NCBI GenBank assembly: GCA_963798085.1
Contig: CAWCRS010000007.1
Coordinates: 192,001 to 256,000, forward strand
DNA: 64,000 nt
DNA from: an uncultured Gemmatimonadales bacterium
GTDB taxonomy: Bacteria; Gemmatimonadota; Gemmatimonadetes; Longimicrobiales; RSA9
Reading direction: 5' to 3'
Each line of letters starts with the position of its first letter. Within the stretch, counting starts at the first letter, position 1. Made by a program: the position numbers and the translations under genes. Shown in pieces: positions 22,545-33,027 of this stretch. The notes under the pieces were generated by a model. That model worked only from the letters and a program-made list of their open reading frames with translations. It made no database searches and had not been told where the DNA came from.

Positions 22545-23849
22545 CTACTGCGCGCCCTCGAGCAGAGCCTTGATCATCGCATCCAGTGAGCGTGTGTTGT
22601 TGATCCAGCGCGCCACCACCACGAGATCGTTCACCGGGTCCACGTAGATCACGTTGTTGCCGTTGCCCAGATGGTAGAACGCCTGCTCGGGCGCACTCGG
22701 CAGGGCCTTGCGCCCCGTGTTCAGAAAGAAGTTGCAGAAGCCGTAACCCGGGTTCACGCCGGGCGTCGTCGCCAGCTTGATCCACGCTTCCGAGAGAATC
22801 TGCTTGTCCGCCCAGCGTCCCCGGTTCAGCGTCAGGTAGCCGAAGCGTGCCATGTCGCGCGCGCTGATCCACATGCCGCCGCCCCAGTGGCCGCCGCCCG
22901 TCACCGACTGCACCAGCTGGCCATCCAGCACGATCCACGAATTGTCGTAGCCGTACCAGCGCCAGGTGTTGGACGCGCCGATCGGATCCATCACGTACTC
23001 GCGCAGCACCTGCGGCAATGGCCGTCGCCACACGGTGAGTGACGCGAGCGCCAGCAGGTTCACGCGCGTGTCATTGTAGGTGTAGACCGTGCCCGGCTCG
23101 GGCCGCACGCGATTCTTCCACTGCTCAATGTCGCCGCGCGGGCGGTCCGCCCAGTCCGGCTTGCCCCACAGCGTGCCCTGCCATTCGCTGGTCTGCCGCA
23201 GCATCATGTCCCACGTGATCTTGCGATTGTGCTCCGACTCGAACGGCTCCAGCACCTCGAACGCATTGAACGCCACACCCGCAGGCGGCGGTGCCGCCGT
23301 ACTGTCATTCGTGTTAGCTCCCATCACGCTCGGCGGTATCGGCACCAGCGACCCATCCCCGCCCGGCGGACCCTTGAGCGCAACGATCGGCGTCATGTAG
23401 TCGCGTACGAGATCCTTCACGTCGCGGATCATCTTGCGATCCCACGCCAGTCCCACAGTCGTCGAGAGGAAGCTCTTGGTGACACTGTGCGTGAGGTCGA
23501 CGCGGTCCGGATCGCCCCATTCCGCCACAATGTACCCGTGCCGCACGATCAGACCGGCAGGCCCGCCCCGCGGCTTGAACGGCCCGATTCCCTCGCCGTG
23601 CGGTTCCCTGCCGAACGAACCGCGCTGCATCTCCAGCTGGTCGCGCGGCGCCGGCGACTCGCTGCGCAGTGCAATGGCGACCGCTGTGTCCACCGCCGCC
23701 GCACGCAATCCTGCCTGCGCAGGCGTCTGCTTCTCCCACGCACCGCGCGGCGGGAAATAGCGCTGCTGCGCAGCCAGCGGCGGCGCGGCGATGGTGAGCG
23801 CGAGCAACGCGGGCGCAAGCCGCGTAGGCAGCGAGACGATCGAAGCCAT
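22545..23849 (-). CDS. Secreted serine hydrolase (beta-lactamase-related family)
   Basis: Signal peptide; SVTK (SxxK), YND, GGGMWISARDMARFG, HLG. Confidence 0.88.
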   Translation of the reverse strand: MASIVSLPTRLAPALLALTIAAPPLAAQQRYFPPRGAWEKQTPAQAGLRAAAVDTAVAIALRSESPAPRDQLEMQRGSFGREPHGEGIGPFKPRGGPAGLIVRHGYIVAEWGDPDRVDLTHSVTKSFLSTTVGLAWDRKMIRDVKDLVRDYMTPIVALKGPPGGDGSLVPIPPSVMGANTNDSTAAPPPAGVAFNAFEVLEPFESEHNRKITWDMMLRQTSEWQGTLWGKPDWADRPRGDIEQWKNRVRPEPGTVYTYNDTRVNLLALASLTVWRRPLPQVLREYVMDPIGASNTWRWYGYDNSWIVLDGQLVQSVTGGGHWGGGMWISARDMARFGYLTLNRGRWADKQILSEAWIKLATTPGVNPGYGFCNFFLNTGRKALPSAPEQAFYHLGNGNNVIYVDPVNDLVVVARWINNTRSLDAMIKALLEGAQ

Positions 23850-24115
23850 GAGATGCTCCCTGTGGAAACGCGGGGTTACAGCCGGCAAACTGCGCACGCG
23901 GTGCACCACGGTGCAAGGTCGGCCCGGTGCTTCACGCGTCGGGCATGCTGCCCGGTCGGCGCCTCCCGCCATCACGAGGGATGCTCCGGCGATGACGCGC
24001 ACTGCAGCCGCACGTTGAGGCAAACGGACCGCGCCTTGACGGATTTGCCTTGCTGCCGGTTCACCACCCATGTTGCCGTGCCCGCCGTCCCGCTCACGCG
24101 AACCGATGCGTACCC

Positions 24116-25504
24116 ATGAGTCAGACGCACAGGAGCGTCCGCATGCCGCACGCGCTCGTGATGATGCTGCTCATCATCATCGCCGCGGTGGCGTTGACGT
24201 GGGTCGTTCCCGCAGGCACGTTCGCGCGCACGAAGGCCGGCCTGGTCCTGCCCGGCACCTACCACACCATCCCGAAGCACTACGCGGCCGCGCTGCTGCG
24301 TCCCATGACCAGCACGGATTCGCTGGCGTATCCCGCCAGCCCGATCGCCATCGTGTCCTCGATCCCCGCGGGCATGATCGATCGCGCTTCGCTCATCTTC
24401 ATGATCCTCTTCATTGGCGGCATGTTCGGCGTGCTCGAGGAAGCGGGCGCGCTTTCCGCCGGCATCGACCGCCTGCTCGCCGCCACGCGCGGCAACATCA
24501 ACGTGCTGGCGCCCGCGCTCATGCTGGTCATCGCCTGCGGCAGCACGTTCCTCGGGCTCATATCCGAGTACCTTGTCATTATCCCGCTCATCGTGCTGCT
24601 CGCCGAGCGCCTCGGCTACGACGCGCTCATTGGCGTCGCCATCGTCACCATTGCCGCGAAGATCGGCTACCTCACGTCGGTCACCAATCCACTGCCGCTC
24701 GTGATCGCGCAACCCATTGTCGGCGTGCCCGTCTTCAGCGGCGCCGGCTTCCGACTGGTGACGTTCGTGGTCTTCCTGCTGCTGGGCATTGCGTTCCTGC
24801 TGCAGCGCACGAAACGATACACGGCACGCGCCTCCAGCGTGGACCTGCCACCCGCATCCCGCCTGTCGCACCGGCACATTGCCATGCTCGCATTGCTGGG
24901 CCTCGCGGTGCTCGTCATGGTCTACGGTGCCCAGCGTCTTTCGTGGGGCAATCCCGAGCTGGCCGCGATGTACGTCGCCGCATCTCTGCTGCTCGCCATC
25001 ATTGCGGGCCTCGAATCACGCCGCGCGGCTCAGGCGTTTCTCCGCGGCATGCAGGGCATGATGCTCGCCGCCGTGCTCGTGGGCCTCGCCTCCGCCGTGG
25101 AGATCGTATTGCGCAACAGCTACGTGCTCGATTCCATCATTGCCGGGCTGTCGCGCGCGGTGGAAGGCCGCCATCCCATCTTCGTCGGACAGCTCATGGT
25201 CGCCATACAGATGATCATCAATGTCTTCATTCCCTCGACATCGGGTCAGGCTGCCGTCACCATGCCCATTCTCGGGCCCATCGGGCAGATCGCCGGCGTG
25301 AGCGGCCAGGTCACCGTGCAGGCCTTCCTCTTCGGCAATGGCCTCACCAACATCATCACACCCACGTCCGGCATGCTGCTGGCCTATCTGGCAACGGGCA
25401 GGGTGGGCTACGGGGAGTGGCTCCGCTTCGTTGCACCGCTCGCCGCATTGCTCGCCGCACTCTGCCTGACGGCCACTGCAGTGGCTGTAATGATCGGTTA
25501 TTGA
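24116..25504 (+). CDS. YfcC-family membrane transporter
   Basis: PHALV...TWVVPAG, NPLPLVIAQ, PSTSGQAAVTMPI, GNGLTNIITPTSG; many TM helices. Confidence 0.85.
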   Translation: MSQTHRSVRMPHALVMMLLIIIAAVALTWVVPAGTFARTKAGLVLPGTYHTIPKHYAAALLRPMTSTDSLAYPASPIAIVSSIPAGMIDRASLIFMILFIGGMFGVLEEAGALSAGIDRLLAATRGNINVLAPALMLVIACGSTFLGLISEYLVIIPLIVLLAERLGYDALIGVAIVTIAAKIGYLTSVTNPLPLVIAQPIVGVPVFSGAGFRLVTFVVFLLLGIAFLLQRTKRYTARASSVDLPPASRLSHRHIAMLALLGLAVLVMVYGAQRLSWGNPELAAMYVAASLLLAIIAGLESRRAAQAFLRGMQGMMLAAVLVGLASAVEIVLRNSYVLDSIIAGLSRAVEGRHPIFVGQLMVAIQMIINVFIPSTSGQAAVTMPILGPIGQIAGVSGQVTVQAFLFGNGLTNIITPTSGMLLAYLATGRVGYGEWLRFVAPLAALLAALCLTATAVAVMIGY

Positions 25505-25512
25505 AGGCGACG

Positions 25513-26358
25513 ATGCCGCTTCCGCCTCCCTTCACGATCCAGCGTCCGGCTGCGGCCGCGGGCCTGCTCTACGATTCGCCGCACAGTGGTCGCGCGTATC
25601 CTGACCACTTCCCGGCCGGCTCGCCGCCCGACGTGCTGCGCCGCGCGGAGGACGCGTATGTCGACGAGCTGGTTTCGCCCGGCGTGCAGCACGGCGCCAT
25701 CCTGCTGGCCGCGAGGTACGCACGCGCCTTTATCGACCTGAATCGCGCGCCCGACGACATCGACGCCGAGCTGCTGGCCGAGCCCTGGCCCACGCCGCTG
25801 AACCCTACCGAGAAGTCACGGCGAGGCCAGGGGCTGATCCGGCGGTTCGCGGTGCCCGGCTTCCCCGTCCACGCGCGCACCCTCAGTGTGGCCGAAGTGC
25901 AGTGGCGTATAACAGAGATCTATCAGCCCTATCATGACGCGCTGGAGAGCCTGATTGCAGAACTGCGCGGGAACCTGCCGCGCGTGCTGCACGTCGACTG
26001 GCACTCGATGAAATCGCGCGGCAATGCCATGACGCCGGACGGCGCCACACAGCGGAGCAGGGACTTCGTGGTCTCCGATCGCGACGGCGCGAGCGCAGCG
26101 CCTGAGGTCACGGCGCTGGTGCGCGACACACTCCAGTCGCTGGGCTATCGCGTGTCCGTCAATGACCCGTACAAGGGTGGCGCCATCGTGCAGCGTATCG
26201 GGGATCCCGCGCACGGCGTGCACAGCGTGCAGATCGAGATCAACCGCGCGCTCTATCTCGATGAACTGCGGGTGGAGAAGACAGCGGGGTTCGAGCCGTT
26301 GCGTGCCGATGTGCTGCGGCTGACGCAGAGACTCGCGGATTCCGTCACGCGCAGCTGA
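25513..26358 (+). CDS. N-formylglutamate amidohydrolase family protein
   Basis: DSPHSG, RAFIDLNR, DWHSM, NDPYKGG, QIEINRALY. Confidence 0.88.
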   Translation: MPLPPPFTIQRPAAAAGLLYDSPHSGRAYPDHFPAGSPPDVLRRAEDAYVDELVSPGVQHGAILLAARYARAFIDLNRAPDDIDAELLAEPWPTPLNPTEKSRRGQGLIRRFAVPGFPVHARTLSVAEVQWRITEIYQPYHDALESLIAELRGNLPRVLHVDWHSMKSRGNAMTPDGATQRSRDFVVSDRDGASAAPEVTALVRDTLQSLGYRVSVNDPYKGGAIVQRIGDPAHGVHSVQIEINRALYLDELRVEKTAGFEPLRADVLRLTQRLADSVTRS

Positions 26359-26449
26359 TGCGACCGGCTGCGCGCCGTGCGCCGCCGGTCCCCGTGCCCG
26401 CACCGCACGATCCGACGCTCGCGGTGCAGAGCCGAAGCCGTGTCGTCGC

Positions 26450-29159
26450 CTACAATACGCGCAGTGCGCGCACCGGATCGACGCGCGCCGCCCGCCGCGC
26501 CGGCAGCAGACACGCGAGCAGCGCCACCGCGAGCATGACAACGGCCACGCCACCGAACACACGCGGATCCCGCGGCGACGCCTCGAACAGCAGGGACGCG
26601 ACGCGTGCGCTGACTGCCAGCGCCAGCAGAGAGCCCAGCAGCAAGCCGGCAAGCACCAGCCGCGCGCCTTCGCCCAGCACCATGGCCACCACGTCCGCGC
26701 GCCGCGCACCCAGTGCCATGCGCACACCCAGCTCGTGCAGCCGGCTGGTCACCGAGTAGGCGATCACGCTGTACATCCCGATGGCCGCGATGAGCAGTGC
26801 AAAGCCCGCGAACACGCCGAACATCACTGTACCCAGACGCCACGGCCGCAGCAGCGGATCCACAGACTCCTGCATGGTCGCGATGACCATCGACTCCACC
26901 GACGGATCAATGGGACCGAGCTGGGCACGCAGCGTCGACTCGAAACGCTCCGCCGGCCCGCGCGGGCGCACCACCAGCGCGGGGCCGCCGAAGCCACGCT
27001 CCTGGCCCCGCGGGATGTAGTACTGCATTGCCGGGTCCTCGCGCAGTGCGTTGCGCCGTGCATCCTCCACCACGCCCACAATGCGCGAGCACGGCGCGGG
27101 TGCGTCCTTCTTGTCGCTGATGTAGAGGCACTGTCCCAGCGCATCGGCCTGCGGCCAGAGCGTGCTCGCCATCACCTGACTCACGATCGCGACCGGCTCG
27201 CTGCCCTGCCGGTCCGCCGCCGTGAACAGCCGGCCGCGCAGGAGATGCGTCCCCACGGCCTCGAAGTAGCCGTCGGAGACGGCTGCGATGTAGGGACCGC
27301 CGCCCTTCAGTTCGGGAATCGAGTCGTACCCTGCGACGCGCAGCTCCACACCGAAGGCGTTGCCGAATGGCGTCCCCACTGCCACCGCGGCGGCTTCCAC
27401 GTCGCGCATGGTGCGCGCCCGCTGCAGCGCCTGATCGTACCACGCGATGTTCCTCGCCCTCGCCTGCTGCTGCTGCTCCGGCGTCCGGTTCGGCACCGTC
27501 GGCCAGGTGACGTACGCGATCAGTGCGCGGTCCGCCTCGAAACCGAGGTGCAGGCCCGTCGCGTTCGCCAGACTGCGTGCAAAGAGGCCGGCGCCCACCA
27601 GCAGCACCACGCACAGTGCCGCCTGCAGCACCGTGAGTGCAGACCTTAACCGTGTGTTGCGGCCGCCACCGTCGCGCGCGCCCGAGCGCAGCGACGCGGA
27701 CAGGTCGGGCCGCACGGAGCGCAACGCCGGGAGCAGTGACGTGAGCACTGCGGTTGCCAGAGCTGCAATGGCGGTGAACACCAGCATGCGGCTGGTCCCG
27801 CTGGATGATGTCCAATCCACGTCCGGCAGCAGCCGTGTGCGCACCAGCCACACACCCGCGCGCGCAATCAGCAGCGCCAGCAGGCCGCCCAGCGTGGTGA
27901 GCAGCAGGCCGTGCAGCATGAGCAGCCGCACCAGCCGGCCCCGCCCGATGCCCAGCGCCAGCCGCACGGCCACCTCCTGCCGCCGCCTCGCCATGCGCAC
28001 GAGGTACAGGCTGATCACATTGGCACACGCGATCAACAGCACGATCAGCGTGACGCCACTCAGCCAGCGCGAGACCGACGCCTCGAGCGGCTCCTTGCCG
28101 CGCCCGTTGTAGCGCAGTTGCGCAAGCCGGATCCGGCCCTCCTTGAAGAACGAGCCCGTGCCCGTATAGGCGCGGTGCAGTGCCTCGGTCGCGTCCGGTT
28201 CCGCCTGCGCCACCCCGATGCCCGGCTTCAGCCGCGCGACCACACGCAGCCATTGCGCGTTCCACGTCGTGGTCCATTGCGCGGTCACGTTCTGGCTGGC
28301 CACCGACATCGGTTCCCAGGCATCGACGCGGCCCAGTTCCGCACCCGTGAAGCCGCGCGGCGCCACACCAACGACCGTGAACATCTGCCCGTTCACGCGC
28401 ACCGCGCGGCCCAGCACGCCCGGGTCCGCCGCGAAGCGACGGGTCCAGAGCCCGTAGCCCAGCACCAGCGTATTAACAGCCTGATAGGGCCGGTCCTCGT
28501 CTTCGTTGAAGAACCGGCCAATGTGCGTGTGCACACCCAGCAGCGGAAAGAAGTCGGACGTCGCTTCGCCCAGCAGGATCTGTTCGCTGCTTGCACCCTC
28601 TCCCAGCGTGCCCCCATCGACCTTGTAGGCGGCCACGCCCGCGAAGGAATGCGTAGCATCGCGGAACGTCGTGTAGCTGATGTAGCCCATTCGAGCTGGT
28701 GGCCGCCGTGGAACCGTCCGGCCGCGTGATCGTCAGGTAGAAGCGTGCCAGATCGCCGTGATCCACCACGTGCTCCGGCCCGCGCAGCAGCATGCGGTCC
28801 AGCACGCGGAACATCGCGGCGTTCACGCCCAGACCCAGGCCCAGCGTCAGCACCACCACCAGCGAAAACGCCGGCTCGCGCAATACCGTGCGCAGCACGT
28901 AGCGCCCGTCCTGTCGCAGCTCATCCAGCCAGATGCGCAGCATGCCCGGTCCTCTTCCTCTCGCCTCGCGCCGCAGCGAGATCCATGTGGTTTCCCGCAG
29001 GCCGAAGCGCCGCTCGGCTTCGGTTCTGGCCTGCACCTCGTTCAACCCGCGCTGGCGCAGCTGCTGCTCGCGCAGCTCGAGGTGCAGACGGATCTCTTCC
29101 TGCAGCTCGAGATCCAGCGCCGAACGACCGCGCCGGCGTTTTCGCCACCACCGCAGCAC
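26450..29159 (-). CDS. ADOP-type duplicated MacB/FtsX permease; apparent frameshift near 28690
   Basis: ELQEEIRLHLE prefix, LTLGLGLGVN, LLIACANV, EVAVRLALG, ELGVRMALGA, VDPVRALR. Confidence 0.9.
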
Positions 29160-29166
29160 GCGCCGC

Positions 29167-29511
29167 CTACGCCTGCGAAGGCTCGACCGGCGAGCGCAGA
29201 ATGCCCGCCATGGTGTCCGCGAAGCGCAGCAACCGCTCCGTCTCCGCCTCGAGGTGCGCTTCGCCCGCACGCGTCAGCCGGTAGTAGCGCGCCCGCCGGT
29301 GGTTCTCCGTCACACCCCAGCGCCCGGCCACCAGCTTGCGCCGCTCCATGCGGTAGAGCGCGTGGTAGACCGCGGAATCGTCGAATCCCAGCGTGCCCGC
29401 CGAGCGCGTCTCGATCCAGTTCGTCACCTGGAACCCGTGCAGCTGCCCGCCGCTCAGCGCCTTGAGCACGAGCATGTCGAGAGTGCCTTTGACCATGGGC
29501 AGCGCATCCAC
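29167..29511 (-). CDS. PadR-family transcriptional regulator
   Basis: KGTLDMLVLKAL, HGF, YHALYRME, RRARYYRLT; AGGAGG before GTG. Confidence 0.92.
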   Translation of the reverse strand: MDALPMVKGTLDMLVLKALSGGQLHGFQVTNWIETRSAGTLGFDDSAVYHALYRMERRKLVAGRWGVTENHRRARYYRLTRAGEAHLEAETERLLRFADTMAGILRSPVEPSQA

Positions 29512-29535
29512 GCGGCCTCCTGTGCTGAGAGTCTC

Positions 29536-29552
29536 TATTGAAACCTTCAATA
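29536..29552. promoter_or_regulatory. Palindrome, candidate PadR operator
   Basis: TATTGAA-ACC-TTCAATA, 25 nt upstream of the padR start. Confidence 0.5.
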
Positions 29553-29699
29553 CAGCAACCCGCTGCAACTGTCAAGCCCACCACCGTCACTGGCTACCGC
29601 CTCAGCCCACCCCATGCCCTCACCTGCCAGACGCAGCCCGAGTCATCCGCCCGATCCATACTCGCCGCGCTTCGCACGTGTGCGCGCAACCTCCGCATT

Positions 29700-29738
29700 C
29701 GCCATATTGCACACCTGATGCGCCATATTGCACACCTG
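29700..29738. repeat. 18-bp perfect direct repeat, 21-bp period
   Basis: CGCCATATTGCACACCTG at 29700 and 29721. Confidence 0.9.
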
Positions 29739-29785
29739 CGGGCGTCCGCCGCGGGCGCCGGCAACGTCCTTGCCTCGAGGAGATC

Positions 29786-30940
29786 ATGACAGGCGACGCC
29801 ATCAATCGCAGGGATTTCGTACGTGCCGGGGCCGCCGGGCTGGCCGGTGTGTCCGCCCTCGCCGCGACTGCCTCGCCCGTTCTCGCCGCCCGCGAACAGC
29901 CGCGTTCGCCCGAGCTGCTCCTGCGCCGCACCGTCAAACCGCTGGTCATCGCCGACAAGAGCGGGTACGACTTCAAGAACGGCGGCCCGCGCAACGCCGT
30001 CGAAGAAGCGTACAGCCGCGTCGTCAAGGGCGAAGACGTGCTGGATGCGCTGATCGCCGGCGTCAACATCCCGGAGCTGGATCCGGCAGAGACCGGTATC
30101 GGCTATGGCGCACTGCCCAATGCCGATGGCGTCGTGCAGCTCGATGCCAGTTGCATGCACGGTCCGAAGAAGCGGGCGGGCGGCGTGGCCGCGCTCGAGG
30201 GCGTGCGCACGCCCTCGAAGGTGGCTCGCGCCGTAATGGACTACACGGACCACCACCTGCTGGTCGGGAAGGGCGCACAGGACTTCGCCCGCAACATGGG
30301 TTTCACCATTGAGGCGGATCTCAACACCGACAACTCGCGCAAACTCTGGCTGGAATGGAAACGGCGCACCGATCCCGAGCACTACCTCGATCCCGGCCGG
30401 CGCGCGAGCCGCGGTCTGGAGGTCGGTCTCGAAATGGTGCGTGAGGGGCTGATCCCGGAGGGCAGCTTCTGGGGCACGATCAATTGCGACGCGATCAACC
30501 CGAACGGCGATATCTGCGGCGTCACCACCACCAGCGGGCTGGCCTGGAAGATTCCCGGCCGTGTGGGCGATTCGCCCATTCTCGGCGCTGGCCTCTACGT
30601 CGACAACGATGTCGGCGCCGCCGGCTCCACCGGGCGAGGCGAAGCGAACCTCTACAACCTGTGCTCGTTCATGATCGTCGAGAACATGCGGCGCGGCATG
30701 ACGCCCAGGGACGCCGGCATCGACGCGCTGCGCCGTATCCAGCACAACACCGTCGAGAAGCGGCTGCTCAATGACAAGGGCATGCCCAACTTCAACATCC
30801 GCTTCTTCGCGCTCAACAAGAAGGGCGAGTTCGGCGGCGTCTCCATGTACGCATCCGGCGAAACGCAGTACACGGTGTGCGATGAGAACGGGTCGCGGCT
30901 GCTCACATTCGAGCCCCTGCTCAAGGGCGACCCGACCTGA
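29786..30940 (+). CDS. Tat-exported N(4)-(beta-N-acetylglucosaminyl)-L-asparaginase family (Ntn hydrolase)
   Basis: NRRDFV Tat motif; GYGALPNADGVVQLDASCM; GTI nucleophile; TTSGLAWKIPGRVGDSPI; TGRGE. Confidence 0.9.
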   Translation: MTGDAINRRDFVRAGAAGLAGVSALAATASPVLAAREQPRSPELLLRRTVKPLVIADKSGYDFKNGGPRNAVEEAYSRVVKGEDVLDALIAGVNIPELDPAETGIGYGALPNADGVVQLDASCMHGPKKRAGGVAALEGVRTPSKVARAVMDYTDHHLLVGKGAQDFARNMGFTIEADLNTDNSRKLWLEWKRRTDPEHYLDPGRRASRGLEVGLEMVREGLIPEGSFWGTINCDAINPNGDICGVTTTSGLAWKIPGRVGDSPILGAGLYVDNDVGAAGSTGRGEANLYNLCSFMIVENMRRGMTPRDAGIDALRRIQHNTVEKRLLNDKGMPNFNIRFFALNKKGEFGGVSMYASGETQYTVCDENGSRLLTFEPLLKGDPT

Positions 30941-31005
30941 AATCCGATGTGTGGTGTTAGCCGCAGAACCAGTGGATTGGAGAGAACGACGCAGAGCGAT
31001 TCGCC

Positions 31006-31407
31006 ATGCCACGGCGCATACTGATCGCTGACGATGACCGCGTGTTTGCCGAACTGAGCGCTGCTCGACTGCGTGCGCGCGGCTTCAGCGTGCTCATGGC
31101 TTTCGATGCACCCACGGCCATGATGACCGCCGTGAAGAACGAGCTCGACCTGATCCTGCTGGATATCCGCATGCCCGGCGGCAGCGGCATCGAGACCCTG
31201 AAGCGACTCAAGGCATCGGCCCGCACCGAGCCCATTCCCGTAGTGGTCGTAACGGCCACGGATGATCCGTCGGCGCGCGACCAGTCGCTGGCTGCGGGCG
31301 CCGTCGGCTTCCTGCACAAGCCCTTGGAAGCGGATCAGTTACACGACGAGGTCTGTCGCGTGCTGGGCGTCGAGCCGGGGCCTGCGCCGCCCCGCACGTA
31401 CCCGTAA
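31006..31407 (+). CDS. Single-domain response regulator
   Basis: ILIADDD, LLDIRMP, VVVTA, KP. Confidence 0.9.
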   Translation: MPRRILIADDDRVFAELSAARLRARGFSVLMAFDAPTAMMTAVKNELDLILLDIRMPGGSGIETLKRLKASARTEPIPVVVVTATDDPSARDQSLAAGAVGFLHKPLEADQLHDEVCRVLGVEPGPAPPRTYP

Positions 31408-31494
31408 CGGTCTTGTAACTGCAGGCCTGTTGCCGTTGCTTCGCTCCCGTGCCGCAAGGACATTCAACGCGTAACCAAGCGAGCTGATGGACGC

Positions 31495-31758
31495 ATGCTA
31501 TCCTGCCTGATGCCCCCGATGACTGAACGCGAACGGACGGGACCTCGCCGCTTCCGGCTATCCTGGCGCTGGAAGGACAGCGGAGTCACGGGTAGCGGCC
31601 CATGGATGCACCGTGGTGATATCGTCGCCGGCTGGATGGAGAGCCTGACACGCCGTTCGGGCGAACGGGTCGAGCACTGGATCGAGATCGAAACCGCGCC
31701 CACCACGGAACGCGCGGACCTGCGTGCCGAAACCCGCGGGCTGGATCGCTTCCACTGA
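31495..31758 (+). CDS. Small hypothetical protein (start uncertain)
   Basis: Fills the intergenic gap, protein-like composition; no motif recognised. Confidence 0.5.
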   Translation: MLSCLMPPMTERERTGPRRFRLSWRWKDSGVTGSGPWMHRGDIVAGWMESLTRRSGERVEHWIEIETAPTTERADLRAETRGLDRFH

Positions 31759-31805
31759 CCGCTCCGCGCGCGCCGCAGTTGCCGCAAACACATCATTGGC
31801 AGGCC

Positions 31806-32871
31806 TCAGCCGGCTGCCTGCTTGTTGCCTTCCAGCCAGACGGTGCGCGTGGGATACGCGAAGTCGATGCCTTCCTCCGCAAACTCCCGGAACAGCCGAA
31901 GATTGATCGCCTGCTGCGTGTCCATGTACGCGCTGTAAGCCGCATTGGTGACGAAATACACACTCTCGAAGCGCAACGCCGAATCATCCATGGAAGCGAA
32001 GTGTGAGCGGTCGAACCGCGCCTTGCTCTGTGCTTCAATGGCTGCCTTGATCATGCCCGGAATGCGTTCCAGCTTGTCCTGCGCTGTCTGGTAGGTCACG
32101 CCCACACTGAAGACAATGCGGCGCTCGAACATCCGCTTGTAGTTGCGTATGCGGGACTTGAGCAGGTCCGAGTTGGAGAAGATGAGCTGCTCGCCCGAAA
32201 GACTGCGTACGCGTGTCGTCTTGAGCCCCACCATTCTCGATCGTTCCCATCAGGTCGTCGACAATGATGAAGTCGCCGAGCACGAACGGCTTGTCCAGCA
32301 CGATGGAAAGCGATGCGAACAGATCGCCCAGGATGTTCTGCAGCGCCAGGGCCACCGCGATGCCGCCCACGCCCAGTCCGGTGAGCAGCGGACCCACCTC
32401 GATGCCCAGGTTCTGCAATGCGGCCAGCAGCAGCAGCGACCACAGCGCGATGCGGATGAGCAGGCCCAGCGCCGAGAGGGTGGTCGCGGCCGCCGGATCC
32501 TGCTCCAGTGTGAGGCGCATGCGCCGGTGCAGGAACGCATTGATGGCGACGTTTGCCCACGAACCCGCCTGCATCACGATCGCGAGGACCGCCAGGTAGC
32601 GCAGGATGGTGTCAGCCTGATGCGGCAGGGCCACGGTGCGGGCCGCCGCCCACACGCCCAGAAACAGCAGGAAGTACATTTTCGTATGGCCGAGAACATC
32701 GACCACGGTATCGTCGAAGTGCGTTCGCGTACGACTTGCCAGCTTCCTGAGTCTGCGGATGAGCACGGCGCGCACGACGCCCAGTGTGAGTGGCAGGCCG
32801 ATGGCCAGCGACAGCGCAATGATCCACGCGCGCAGCGTGTTGCCGAAATAGAGCGTGTCGAGGATTTGCAT
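31806..32871 (-). CDS. MscS-family mechanosensitive channel; apparent frameshift near 32232
   Basis: GVGGIAVALALQNILGDLFAS, DKPFVLGD, VGLKTTRVRSLSGEQLIFSNS, GIDFAYPT. Confidence 0.92.
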
Positions 32872-33027
32872 GGTCCGATGGTCAGCTGGTGAGGGTCGCA
32901 ACGTAGAGCCTGCACGTCGCCTGCGCAAATCAGCGCGGAACGGGCTCGCTCACACGCTGGTATGGAAGCGTCGCACGGACCGGCCTGCCGCTGTCGGCTG
33001 GCGTGCGCGGGGAGGATCGACACACGA

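Noticed and set aside
24016..24050. c-di-GMP-I riboswitch (GGCAAAC)
   Set aside because: Simple GGCAAA/TTTGCC hairpin without the GAAA tetraloop or second stem
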